NCBI GenBank assembly: GCA_021785915.1
Contig: JAJYEF010000003.1
Location: 1 to 38,262 of the forward strand
Direction of reading: 5' to 3'
DNA length: 38,262 nucleotides
Origin: a bacterium
GTDB lineage: Bacteria > Patescibacteriota > Microgenomatia > Levybacterales > UBA12049
Below, piece by piece: positions 1 to 8,943 of the stretch. Position numbers and translations under genes: made by a program. Within the stretch, counting starts at the first letter, position 1; each line of letters opens with the position of its first letter. The notes beneath the pieces were generated by a model. It was not told where the DNA came from. It ran no database searches and worked only from the letters and a program-made list of their open reading frames with translations.

Positions 1-51
1 CTTTATTAAGGGAAGCTAATAAAAAAGGCAATAAATCCCGTTAGATTATTT

Positions 52-441
52 TTAGCTTGACCGTTTTAGCTCTTTTAATTCTTCTATAGCCGCTTTTCTT
101 TCTTTATATGCGTGTTTTGAGCTGTTGTAAAAGTAATTAGCAAGAATCCCCAGGCCAATACCAGCGCCTACTTCGTTTGCATTGGTACTTGTTACGCCTG
201 CTACAAAAAGATCAACTGCGCCTATAATTCCGCCGATTGCTCCTCCGGCAAAAGCCAGCAACTCTGTGGTTCTGATGTATCTTTTTTCGCCGACCGTATC
301 TAAAGCGTCTTTTTCGGTTAAATATGCTCTTTTTCGAATTTCCTGTGGAAAAGCGGTGGTGACAACAAGGGTTCCGTTTTCGCTTGAACGTTTTACGTCG
401 ACTTGTATTTTTCTTTGAGGGTTTCTTTCAGCATTTGCCAT
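52..441 (-). CDS. hypothetical membrane protein (Gly-rich hydrophobic hairpin)
   Basis: 129-aa ORF with two Gly/Ala-rich hydrophobic segments (LLAFAGGAIGGIIGAVDLFVAG; VGAGIGLGILANYFY); consensus promoter directly upstream. Confidence 0.7.
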   Translation of the reverse strand: MANAERNPQRKIQVDVKRSSENGTLVVTTAFPQEIRKRAYLTEKDALDTVGEKRYIRTTELLAFAGGAIGGIIGAVDLFVAGVTSTNANEVGAGIGLGILANYFYNSSKHAYKERKAAIEELKELKRSS

Positions 442-449
442 AGTCAGAA

Positions 450-478
450 ATTATAAGACAGATTGTAGACAAAGTCAA
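450..478 (-). promoter_or_regulatory. sigma70 promoter TTGACT-17-TATAAT, -10 box 8 nt before ATG 441
   Basis: Read on minus strand: TTGACT ttgtctacaatctgtct TATAAT ttctgact ATG. Confidence 0.75.
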
Positions 479-585
479 AACTAATTTTAGATTATCTGTA
501 GTTTTTTAGTTCCGATTTTTAATAATGTTGCCGGATAATTTTATAAATTTATTTAGATACGAAGCTGCAGGCTCGTAAATTTAAA

Positions 586-594
586 TGGTATAAT
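586..594 (+). promoter_or_regulatory. extended -10 promoter TGGTATAAT, 6 nt before ATG 601
   Basis: TG-g-TATAAT tttgcg ATG. Confidence 0.65.
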
Positions 595-600
595 TTTGCG

Positions 601-1047
601 ATGAAAGAAAAAATTATAGAGCCACCCATTGTTTTTGCCGCAAGCGTAATTTTGGAGGCGCTGTCGCATTATTATTTCCCGCTTTTTACGGTTATTCCTT
701 CAAACCTCAGATTTTTAGGATTGGTATTTATTTTTATAAGTCTTTTACTTTCTTTTTGGCAGCTTCATACTATGCTTGGCAAAACTCCTATCCCCTACGG
801 TTCAAGTCCGAAGACACTTTTAAAGGACGGCCCGTTTAAATATACGAGAAATGCGTTTTATTTAAGTTTAATTTTGATAAGCTTGGGAGTTGCCGTGTAT
901 TCTGCGGACTTGGTGCCTTTTTTAATCGTTATTCTTGAATTTTATATTTTCAATAAATTCTTGATCCCCCCGGAGGAGAAAGTATTGGAGGAAATATTCG
1001 GGCAGGAATACATGGATTATAAGAAAAAAGTGAGAAGATGGATTTAG
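601..1047 (+). CDS. isoprenylcysteine carboxyl methyltransferase (STE14/PEMT) family membrane protein
   Basis: Motifs L-x3-GPFKYTRNAFY and EEKVL-x3-FGQEYMDYKKKVRRWI; multiple TM segments. Confidence 0.85.
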   Translation: MKEKIIEPPIVFAASVILEALSHYYFPLFTVIPSNLRFLGLVFIFISLLLSFWQLHTMLGKTPIPYGSSPKTLLKDGPFKYTRNAFYLSLILISLGVAVYSADLVPFLIVILEFYIFNKFLIPPEEKVLEEIFGQEYMDYKKKVRRWI

Positions 1048-1064
1048 GATTTAATTTGGAGTAA

Positions 1065-1304
1065 CTAGTGCTTTTTAGGATTGTGGGGCATTTCTACGAT
1101 ACGTTCCATCTTGCCGCTAAGATAAAATTCAAGCAAATTGCCGACAGAAACTGCAAGTTCTTCTTGCGTAAATCCTGTTGAGTGATTTTGTTTTATGACT
1201 CCGTCGAGCGCAACCCGGAGAAAGTCCCTTCTCTGTTGCTGTTGTTCGGGTGTAAGCATTTGGAATTCGGGAGTCCCTTTTTCCAGTCTTTCTAAGCCAA
1301 TCAT
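1065..1304 (-). CDS. hypothetical protein
   Basis: 79-aa ORF 4 nt downstream of the previous same-strand ORF; fills the gap. Confidence 0.6.
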   Translation of the reverse strand: MIGLERLEKGTPEFQMLTPEQQQQRRDFLRVALDGVIKQNHSTGFTQEELAVSVGNLLEFYLSGKMERIVEMPHNPKKH

Positions 1305-1308
1305 AATA

Positions 1309-1560
1309 TTATCTTTGTTTTTTCTCTTTGCCGCTATTTATTAGATTCGTCGGAAAAGCTACCCATGGAAAGTAGATAACAGCATTTTTGGGCTGCTCCT
1401 TGTTTATTGCAGGCTGATCAGAATTAGGGGGATCAATTTCGGTATGAATGTTTTGTTCTCTATATACATAAAAAGGGGTAGCAAGGCCAAATGGCCCGGG
1501 CCCGATTCTGAATTTTTGTGGGTTCTCTGAAGAGCTATCCCGTTCGCCTCGTGATGTCAT
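1309..1560 (-). CDS. hypothetical protein
   Basis: 83-aa ORF with TAAAAT 6 nt upstream of ATG. Confidence 0.55.
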   Translation of the reverse strand: MTSRGERDSSSENPQKFRIGPGPFGLATPFYVYREQNIHTEIDPPNSDQPAINKEQPKNAVIYFPWVAFPTNLINSGKEKKQR

Positions 1561-1577
1561 AACTTAATTTTAGTATT

Positions 1578-2213
1578 CTACAGATTTAAAAACAAATGTT
1601 CAAGGGCAAATCTTGTGTTAGCATTTGTGTTTTTGATCGCAGCATGCGTTTCCTGTAATTTTCTTAGGGTCCCTGCAAAGTTTAAGTCATCTTTTAAATT
1701 TTTTTCAACGGCTAAGATAAGTTTTTCCAAAAGTATTAGTGCGGTTTCTTTATCTTTTGAGTAATCCTGGGCCAAAACCATTGGGTTTGCAGTGCCGTTT
1801 AGAACGGAATTAATAAGGTGCAGGTATTTTTCCTCTTCGTTTTTTTCAATGGTTTTTCTGTCTGAAAGATTGATAATGGCGCATCTTGATATGACCGTGG
1901 GTAAAAGAAAGTCAACGTTTTTTACAAGCATCATGATTATTGCGCTTTCCGGCGGTTCTTCGAGTATCTTTAGAAATGAATTCTGCGCCTCCGTTGTTAT
2001 GCCGGAAAACGCTTCCACTATTACGGCTTTTTTTTGTGAATAGACGGGTTTTAAAAATATTGTTTTTTGTATATTTCCTATATCGGCAATTCCTATTGCC
2101 TTTTCAAAAGAGTAGTTTTCAGCGTCAAACCCAGAAATTAAATTTTGTTTGATTAAATCCTGCGCTTGCTCTTTTGTTTTTTCGGGGGAACCAATTATTA
2201 TTACAGTTTGCAT
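1578..2213 (-). CDS. holB: DNA polymerase III delta' (clamp loader) subunit, shortened
   Basis: AQNSFLKILEEPP and LLPTVISRC (SRC) motifs; no Walker A or Zn finger; only 211 aa. Confidence 0.75.
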   Translation of the reverse strand: MQTVIIIGSPEKTKEQAQDLIKQNLISGFDAENYSFEKAIGIADIGNIQKTIFLKPVYSQKKAVIVEAFSGITTEAQNSFLKILEEPPESAIIMMLVKNVDFLLPTVISRCAIINLSDRKTIEKNEEEKYLHLINSVLNGTANPMVLAQDYSKDKETALILLEKLILAVEKNLKDDLNFAGTLRKLQETHAAIKNTNANTRFALEHLFLNL

Positions 2214-2249
2214 AAAAATATGATTATATTAATTTTTAAATAAATGATG

Positions 2250-2279
2250 TTGACATTATAGCTTAATTTTCCTTACTAT
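2250..2279 (+). promoter_or_regulatory. sigma70 promoter of pilB, TTGACA-18-TACTAT, 7 nt before ATG
   Basis: TTGACA 2250-2255; TACTAT 2274-2279 (overlapping TATAAT 2277-2282); ATG 2287. Confidence 0.7.
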
Positions 2280-2286
2280 AATAGTA

Positions 2287-4047
2287 ATGCCCAATCAGGT
2301 AAGTTTATCATTGCCAACACCCCCGACAGTTGACGAGCTTTCAAACAGCAAGTCCGTCGCCGACATACTTTTTGCAGAAAAAGCACTCACAAAGGAGCAG
2401 TACGACGATATTAAGGTTAAAACTGCATCGACGGGACAAACGGAAGAAAGCCTGATCGAGAAATTAGGACTTGTCCCGGAGGAAAAGCTATCCCGTGCAA
2501 AGGCAAAAATACTTGATATTCCATTTGTGGCTCTCGGGGTCACATCTTTTTCTCCTCAGGCCTTAGGGTTTGTCCCCAGGGTTGTCGCCGAAAGGTTTTC
2601 ATTAATACCCTTTGCTTACGACGAAAAGACAAAGACGCTTTCAGTTGCGATGTCAAACCCCGTAGATTTGGAGGCAGTCACTTTTGTAAGGGAAAAAACA
2701 GGGCTTTCCTTAAAAACTTTCGCCGCAGATAAAACACAGGTGGAAAGAGCCATAGACCAGCAGTACAGGCAGGAGTTGGTAGGAGAAGTGGGAGAGGCAT
2801 TAAAAGAAAATCAACTTTCTCAGGGAAAAATAAAGACCGTAGACTCGACCCAGATATCGCAGATTATTAAAGAAGCGCCTATTGCAAAAATTGTTTCAAC
2901 GATGCTTGAATACGCCGTAACAAGCAGGGCGTCGGATATTCATATAGAGCCGATGGAAGACAGGGTCAGGGTCAGGTACAGGATTGACGGTATTTTATAT
3001 GACAGGCTTTCTCTGCCTAAGTCGGTACAGGAGGCACTTATATCAAGGATTAAAATTCTATCGGAAATGAAAATTGATGAACACAGGACGCCGCAGGACG
3101 GCAGGTTTAACTTTAAAGTAGAAGATAAAGAGGTCGACCTTAGGATTTCTGTTCTTCCGACGGTTTTTGGTGAAAAAATAGTAATGAGGCTTTTGAGAAA
3201 GTCGGGCGGTGTCCCGACTCTTGAAGAACTTGGTCTTTCCGGCTCAAGCATTAAGACACTTGAAACGGCAATGTTAAGACCGCACGGAATAATAATAGTG
3301 GTAGGCCCTACAGGATCGGGAAAAACAACCACACTTTATTCAGTCCTTAGTAAATTAAATACGACAAGAGTAAATATCTCAACTCTTGAGGACCCTGTTG
3401 AATATCAGATGCCCGGCGTTAACCAAGTGCAGATTAATCCGGCAGTCGGGCTTACTTTCGCAAACGGTTTGAGGGCTTTCTTAAGGCAGGATCCAAACAT
3501 TATTCTGGTCGGGGAAATAAGGGATAATGAAACAACAGAACTGGCCATCCAGGCAGCCCTTACCGGACATTTGGTCTTCTCTACCCTTCATACGTCAAGC
3601 GCGGCAGGAGCTTTGCCGAGGCTTATAGATTTGGGGGCGGAGACTTTTTTACTAGCTTCGACAATGAATGCGGTATTAGGGCAAAGGATCGTCAGGAAAA
3701 TATGCAACGCCTGTAAAACGGAATATAACCCTCCTTCGCAAATCGTTGAGGAAATGAAGAATGTTTTGGGTAAATATTTCCCGACGGACAATAGTGTGAT
3801 AAAGTTTTATAAGGGTAAAGGTTGTTCCGAGTGTGGGGGGTCGGGGTACGTCGGAAGAATCGGAATTTTTGAAGCTCTTCCGGTTACCGAAAGGATTGCT
3901 GCACTTGTTTTACAGCATTCCGATTCCGGAACCATTGAAAAGCAGGCGGTAGCGGACGGGATGATTACCATGAAGCAAGATGGATATTTAAAAGTGCTCG
4001 CCGGAATTACTACCGTTGAAGAGGTCTTAAGGGTTGCACAGGAATAA
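2287..4047 (+). CDS. pilB: type IV pilus assembly ATPase PilB (GspE/PulE family)
   Basis: ASDIHIEP, Walker A GPTGSGKTT, TLEDPVE, LRQDPNIILVGEIRD, TGHLVFSTLH, tetra-Cys CNAC...CSEC. Confidence 0.95.
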   Translation: MPNQVSLSLPTPPTVDELSNSKSVADILFAEKALTKEQYDDIKVKTASTGQTEESLIEKLGLVPEEKLSRAKAKILDIPFVALGVTSFSPQALGFVPRVVAERFSLIPFAYDEKTKTLSVAMSNPVDLEAVTFVREKTGLSLKTFAADKTQVERAIDQQYRQELVGEVGEALKENQLSQGKIKTVDSTQISQIIKEAPIAKIVSTMLEYAVTSRASDIHIEPMEDRVRVRYRIDGILYDRLSLPKSVQEALISRIKILSEMKIDEHRTPQDGRFNFKVEDKEVDLRISVLPTVFGEKIVMRLLRKSGGVPTLEELGLSGSSIKTLETAMLRPHGIIIVVGPTGSGKTTTLYSVLSKLNTTRVNISTLEDPVEYQMPGVNQVQINPAVGLTFANGLRAFLRQDPNIILVGEIRDNETTELAIQAALTGHLVFSTLHTSSAAGALPRLIDLGAETFLLASTMNAVLGQRIVRKICNACKTEYNPPSQIVEEMKNVLGKYFPTDNSVIKFYKGKGCSECGGSGYVGRIGIFEALPVTERIAALVLQHSDSGTIEKQAVADGMITMKQDGYLKVLAGITTVEEVLRVAQE

Positions 4048-4051
4048 ATTT

Positions 4052-5119
4052 ATGGGAATACAGGAACTTTTGGATTTGACAATTAAAAATAACGCTTCGG
4101 ATTTGCACCTTATGCCGGGGATTGTGCCCGCTATGCGTGTTGACGGCGTGTTGAGATACTTAACTAATTACAAACCTTTTACCCCCGCCGAAATGGAGAC
4201 GATGCTCTACTCTATCTTAAAACCCGAGCAAAAAGAGCTTTTGATAAACAATAAGGAAATTGATTTTTCTTTCGGATTTGGAGGGGGCGTTTATGGCAAT
4301 TTGGGCAGATTCAGGACAAATATCTATTACCAAAGGGGAGTTATGAGTGCAGCGTTTAGATATCTGCAGCCCAAAATCAGGACCGTAGAGGAATTAAAGC
4401 TTCCTAAAATCTGTCATCAGTTTGCAAACCTCAAGCAGGGATTCGTTCTCGTAACGGGTCCGACGGGCCACGGCAAATCAACGACTCTTGCCGCTATTAT
4501 CAACGAAATAAATTTGGACAAAGCTTTCCACATTCTTACCATAGAAGACCCTATTGAATATTTATACCCGCCGGGGAAAAGTATAATTTCGCAAAGAGAA
4601 ATGGATATAGACACCCACTCCTGGAATCTGGCTTTGCGTTCCGCTTTGCGGGAAGACCCCGATGTTGTTTTAATCGGCGAAATGCGCGACCCGGAAACTG
4701 TCTCTTCGGCATTAACGATTGCTGAAACCGGACATTTGGTCTTCTCCACACTGCATACAAATTCTGCGGCGCAAACGATAGACAGGATAATAGATTCCTT
4801 TCCGGCGAGCCAACAAGCCCAGGTAAAGACCCAACTAGCGGCTACACTAAAGGGTGTTATTTCTCAAAGGCTTATTCCAAAAATTGACGGCGGAAGGGTT
4901 CCCGGAGTCGAGATCTTAACGGGTACGCCGGCTATAGCAAGCAACATAAGGGACGGGAAAACCCATTTAATAGACTCGGTTATCCAGACTTCCCAAGACG
5001 CAGGCATGATCCCGCTTGAGTCTTCTTTGGCGTCTCTTGTTTTGTCCGGACAAATAAGTCTTGAAACCGCAAAATCCTACGCCCTAAGACCTGAAGAGCT
5101 TATGAGGATGGTCGGTTAA
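4052..5119 (+). CDS. pilT: type IV pilus retraction ATPase PilT
   Basis: ASDLHL, GPTGHGKSTT, ALREDPDVVLIGEMRD, AETGHLVFSTLHT, AIASNIRDGK (AIRNLIRE-like); ATG 4052 preferred over TTG 4034. Confidence 0.95.
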   Translation: MGIQELLDLTIKNNASDLHLMPGIVPAMRVDGVLRYLTNYKPFTPAEMETMLYSILKPEQKELLINNKEIDFSFGFGGGVYGNLGRFRTNIYYQRGVMSAAFRYLQPKIRTVEELKLPKICHQFANLKQGFVLVTGPTGHGKSTTLAAIINEINLDKAFHILTIEDPIEYLYPPGKSIISQREMDIDTHSWNLALRSALREDPDVVLIGEMRDPETVSSALTIAETGHLVFSTLHTNSAAQTIDRIIDSFPASQQAQVKTQLAATLKGVISQRLIPKIDGGRVPGVEILTGTPAIASNIRDGKTHLIDSVIQTSQDAGMIPLESSLASLVLSGQISLETAKSYALRPEELMRMVG

Positions 5120-5124
5120 TCTTT

Positions 5125-6330
5125 ATGAAAGTAAGATATAAAGCAGCCACGAACGAGGGTAAGCTATCGCGGGGATTATTAGATACAAAATCCATTGAAG
5201 AGGCGGCAGAGTACTTACGGCAAAAACAGCTTATTCCGGTTTCAATTGAAAGAATAGACAACAAACCCTGGCAGAACTTACCATTTATTTCCAAAAGGGT
5301 GGGCTCTTCGGATATCGTTCTTTTTACAAGACAGCTATCTTCGATGCTTGCTTCGGGCCTTACTCTTATGAGGTCTTTGGAAATACTTAAGGATCAAATA
5401 CAAAATCCCGCATTGTCTGAGGTAATCACTTCGGTTATTAATGATGTTGAGGAAGGAAAGACGCTTGCGGAGGGCATGGAAAAATATCCTGATGTTTTCA
5501 CTCCTATTTATGTCTCGATAATAAGGGCCGGAGAGCAGGGAGGACTTTTGGATAAAGTATTAGGAAGGCTTGCGGATAATCTCGAAAAACAGGCAAAACT
5601 TCGCAGTACTATAAGGGGTGCCCTAATGTACCCTGTAATAGTTGTGATCTTAATGGTGGTAGTTTTGGTTGTAATGATGGTATTCGTAATGCCGCAGCTT
5701 ACAACCATGTATAAAGGTATGGGGGTTTCTCTTCCCCTCCCGACGCAAATTGTCGTAAATATTTCCAACTTCGTAATATCCGCCTGGCCCTTGTTTTTGG
5801 GAATATTCGCAGTTATTTTTATAGGCTTTAGGAAATGGTCCAAGACACCGGACGGAAAAACCATAATCGACACGGTAGTTCTTAAGCTTCCCATTTTCGG
5901 AAATCTTGTAAGCAAAACTATTCTTGCAGAACTGGCCCGAACGCTCGGGCTTTTGATAGGTACGGGGACATTGGTTGTCCAGGCGCTTTTGGAGACAGCA
6001 GATACTACGGGCAATGTTTTATACAAGAATGCGATTATCGATATTTCAAAGCAGGTAGAAAAAGGAGTAGGCATTGCCGAGGTAATGTCATTCTATCCCC
6101 TTTTTCCTCCTCTTTTAATACAACTTGTTAAGGTCGGCGAGCAAACGGGAAAAATAGACGAAACGCTTATGAAGGCGTCCGAATATTTTGAAAGGGAAGT
6201 AGATCAGACGGTAAAGGGTTTAACGACGGCACTAGAGCCGTTTATTATGATAGTTTTGGGTCTTGGTGTCGCTTTTTTAATTTTCTCAATTATTATACCG
6301 ATTTATAGTCTTATTTCCTCGATCCAGTAA
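5125..6330 (+). CDS. pilC: type IV pilus platform protein PilC (GspF family)
   Basis: FTRQLSSML, GEQGGLLD, ALMYP, GEQTGKID, LEP motifs; 401 aa. Confidence 0.95.
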   Translation: MKVRYKAATNEGKLSRGLLDTKSIEEAAEYLRQKQLIPVSIERIDNKPWQNLPFISKRVGSSDIVLFTRQLSSMLASGLTLMRSLEILKDQIQNPALSEVITSVINDVEEGKTLAEGMEKYPDVFTPIYVSIIRAGEQGGLLDKVLGRLADNLEKQAKLRSTIRGALMYPVIVVILMVVVLVVMMVFVMPQLTTMYKGMGVSLPLPTQIVVNISNFVISAWPLFLGIFAVIFIGFRKWSKTPDGKTIIDTVVLKLPIFGNLVSKTILAELARTLGLLIGTGTLVVQALLETADTTGNVLYKNAIIDISKQVEKGVGIAEVMSFYPLFPPLLIQLVKVGEQTGKIDETLMKASEYFEREVDQTVKGLTTALEPFIMIVLGLGVAFLIFSIIIPIYSLISSIQ

Positions 6331-6351
6331 TTTTAGCCTCAATTTGCCCCC

Positions 6352-6381
6352 TTGACAACATATTCCGATTATGTTTATTAT
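6352..6381 (+). promoter_or_regulatory. internal promoter before first pilin, TTGACA-18-TATTAT
   Basis: TTGACA 6352-6357; TATTAT 6376-6381; ATG 6392 lies 10 nt downstream. Confidence 0.6.
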
Positions 6382-6391
6382 TTATTCATAC

Positions 6392-6913
6392 ATGAAAAAA
6401 CTGTTTAGAGCACTAAGAAACAGAAAAGGTTTTACACTTATAGAACTTTTAGTCGTCATCGGAATCCTCGGAGTATTGGCAGCAGCACTTATCGCAACCA
6501 TAGACCCTTTTGAGCAGATTAAAAAAGCAGAAGATTCAAACGCCAAAAACGTTACGGTAGAATTCGTTGAAGCAGCGACCAGGTATTATGCAACGCATAA
6601 CGTTTTGCCTTGGGGAGTTACGACCGGGCCATACACCAGTTGCACAAATGCAATAGGGAGTAATGCAACGCCTATGAATTCGTCTGATCCTTGCCTTCAG
6701 ATATTAATTAGCGACGGAGAGTTAAAAGCTCAGTTTGTAAATTCACTGAACTTGACTTCGGTGGACTATATAGGCGGAGCGAGCGGAGTTACAGCTTGCT
6801 TTAAACCGATCTCAAAATCGCAAATCAATGATCCTCTGACACAATATAATTCTAACGGAGTAGCTACTTCGGGATGCCCGGGGAGCACATACTGCTACTG
6901 GTGTTCTAAATAA
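6392..6913 (+). CDS. type IV pilin, probable major pilin
   Basis: Class III signal MKKLFRALRNRKG|FTLIELLVVIGILGVL; own promoter; Cys-rich C-terminus. Confidence 0.85.
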   Translation: MKKLFRALRNRKGFTLIELLVVIGILGVLAAALIATIDPFEQIKKAEDSNAKNVTVEFVEAATRYYATHNVLPWGVTTGPYTSCTNAIGSNATPMNSSDPCLQILISDGELKAQFVNSLNLTSVDYIGGASGVTACFKPISKSQINDPLTQYNSNGVATSGCPGSTYCYWCSK

Positions 6914-6921
6914 GGTTTAAG

Positions 6922-8943
6922 ATGCCCTCAATTCTAAAGAGAAATTTACTGCCCTTTTTTTTGTTGTCGTTTGTTCTTTTAGTGTATTTAAATAACCTTT
7001 CCCCGAGCGTGTACGGAGGGGATGTAGGGGATTTTGTAACAGCGGCAACCGTAATGGGTGTGCCCCATGCCTCGGGATATCCGCTTTTTGTATTTTTAGG
7101 CTTTTTATTGACAAGGATTCATTATATGACCCCGGCCTATATGGTCGGTATTATATCTGTAGTTTCTTCTGCTCTGGCTATATTCATTTTTTATCTCCTG
7201 GCGCTTGAGATGACCAAAAATAAATTCATTTCTGCCGTCTCCTCTCTTATTTTGGCTTTTACATATTTTTTCTGGTTTTTTGCGGAAATCGCGGAAGTAT
7301 TCGCGCTCAATAATTTTTTTGTTTTAATCCTGACGTTCCTCGGGTACCTGTATTACAAATATAAGGATACAAAATATATATACGCGCTTGCATTTTTTAC
7401 CGGACTCTCGATGACAAATAATTATATTATTTCCTTCATTTTCCCGACGCTTTTAATAATGGTACTAAGCAATTTTAGAAAATTACTGGCTAACCCCAAA
7501 ATTATTGTTAAGTGTATTCTGTTGGGACTTTTGGGATTAAGCGTTTATATTTATCTCCCAATAGCCGCATCCCATAATCCCCCGGTTAATTGGGATAACC
7601 CCTCCAACTTACATAATTTTCTGAGAATGGTCTTAAGGAAAGATTACGGAACATTCGGTGTAGGATTTGTTCCAAATCTTGTGTTTATGCAAAGGGTTCT
7701 TATCCAAAAGGATTATTTCGTAAGCCTAATCGGACAATTGACATTTCCCGTAGTTTTTATTGTTTTAATAGGTGCATATAAATTGTTTAGAACCGATAAA
7801 AAATTATTTTTTAGTTTCGCCTTGTCCTTTGTGCTTTCCGGCCCGGTATTTATCGGTCTCGTCGGACTTCCTCTTTTAAGCACATTTTTGGTCGGTGTTT
7901 ATGAAAGATTTTTTTCCATGTCTTCTGTTGTGCTCATGTTTTTCTTTCCCATTGGCCTTTTGACGTTCGTAGAGTTTTTTAACAAAATTCTCAAGAAGAA
8001 AACATATCAGAATCTTTTTATAGCGGTATTTTTAATAGTCCCGCTTATACTTTTCAGATATAACTTTGAAAAAACTAATTTAAGCCACGTATGGATCGGA
8101 GATAACCTTGCACTCGATCTTATCTCATCGCTTCCTAAAGGTGCCACCTTTTTACCGGTCGGGGACACACCGCTATTTGACAGCTGGTATATGGTATACG
8201 CACGGGGCGAGAGGACCGATTTGAAACTAGTTAATCACATTATGAACGACAGTCTCGTAAAGCTTCAGGACGCTTACCTTAAAAAGCATCCTAAGGAAAA
8301 AGTCAGCCAGGATATAACAGCCCTTACGCTTAAAGATCTTGCCAACAGGACGAATGTTTTTTCAAATGCACAGATCCAGGTTAGTAAAGGCCAACCCTTG
8401 ATTTGGATGCCCTGGGGCTTGAATTTTAAACTTTTAACCAGCGCAAAGCAAATCCCGACCGAACAGCAATTTTTAGACCTTCAGGATAGAATATGGAGCA
8501 AATTTTTAAATACGCCCTCAGAGCTTAAAAGCAATGACCCCGGCTATAACGGCTCGACCATTTCAGATATAAGCTCGGTGTATTCCGGCGCAATGATGTC
8601 AGAAGGAGCGTTTGTCAACAACTATTACAAAGACACCAAACTGGCTCTTGCCCTTTTTAATAAAGCACAGGAGCTTTCTCCCCAAAACTCCAAAGCTTAT
8701 TTTTCAGCCGGATTTATCTATACCGAACAAAAACAATGTCAGTTAGCAATCGATAACGTAAATGAGGGGCTTAAATTTTCCCCGTTTGATAAAATGTCAT
8801 ATTATCTTCTTTATTACAACTATAAATTCTGCTTTAATGATATAACCAAGGCAAACGGAATAGTTGAAAAATACCATCAGCTTTTTAATAGCGATTTTTA
8901 CAAAGATATGCCCGGTGTTATTAAAAATTACGAAAGCCCATGA
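6922..8943 (+). CDS. DUF2723 / TMEM260-like GT-C membrane glycosyltransferase with C-terminal TPR-like helices
   Basis: N-terminal PSVYGGDVGDF-x6-GVPHASGYPLF matches DUF2723 GDxGE...G(V/I)xHPPGYPL; AEVFALN; PPVNWDNP; many TM helices; TPR-like tail. Confidence 0.85.
   Translation: MPSILKRNLLPFFLLSFVLLVYLNNLSPSVYGGDVGDFVTAATVMGVPHASGYPLFVFLGFLLTRIHYMTPAYMVGIISVVSSALAIFIFYLLALEMTKNKFISAVSSLILAFTYFFWFFAEIAEVFALNNFFVLILTFLGYLYYKYKDTKYIYALAFFTGLSMTNNYIISFIFPTLLIMVLSNFRKLLANPKIIVKCILLGLLGLSVYIYLPIAASHNPPVNWDNPSNLHNFLRMVLRKDYGTFGVGFVPNLVFMQRVLIQKDYFVSLIGQLTFPVVFIVLIGAYKLFRTDKKLFFSFALSFVLSGPVFIGLVGLPLLSTFLVGVYERFFSMSSVVLMFFFPIGLLTFVEFFNKILKKKTYQNLFIAVFLIVPLILFRYNFEKTNLSHVWIGDNLALDLISSLPKGATFLPVGDTPLFDSWYMVYARGERTDLKLVNHIMNDSLVKLQDAYLKKHPKEKVSQDITALTLKDLANRTNVFSNAQIQVSKGQPLIWMPWGLNFKLLTSAKQIPTEQQFLDLQDRIWSKFLNTPSELKSNDPGYNGSTISDISSVYSGAMMSEGAFVNNYYKDTKLALALFNKAQELSPQNSKAYFSAGFIYTEQKQCQLAIDNVNEGLKFSPFDKMSYYLLYYNYKFCFNDITKANGIVEKYHQLFNSDFYKDMPGVIKNYESP

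Noticed and set aside
1578-2213. holB, tig, thrS or pheT as pseudogenes because they are short
   Set aside because: Reading frames are intact with clean domain-level deletions and retained motifs, consistent with streamlining
2340-2520. c-di-GMP-binding MshEN motif in the PilB N-terminus
   Set aside because: Helical spacing is similar but the RLGxxL residues are absent (SVADIL, TEESLI), so binding is unsupported
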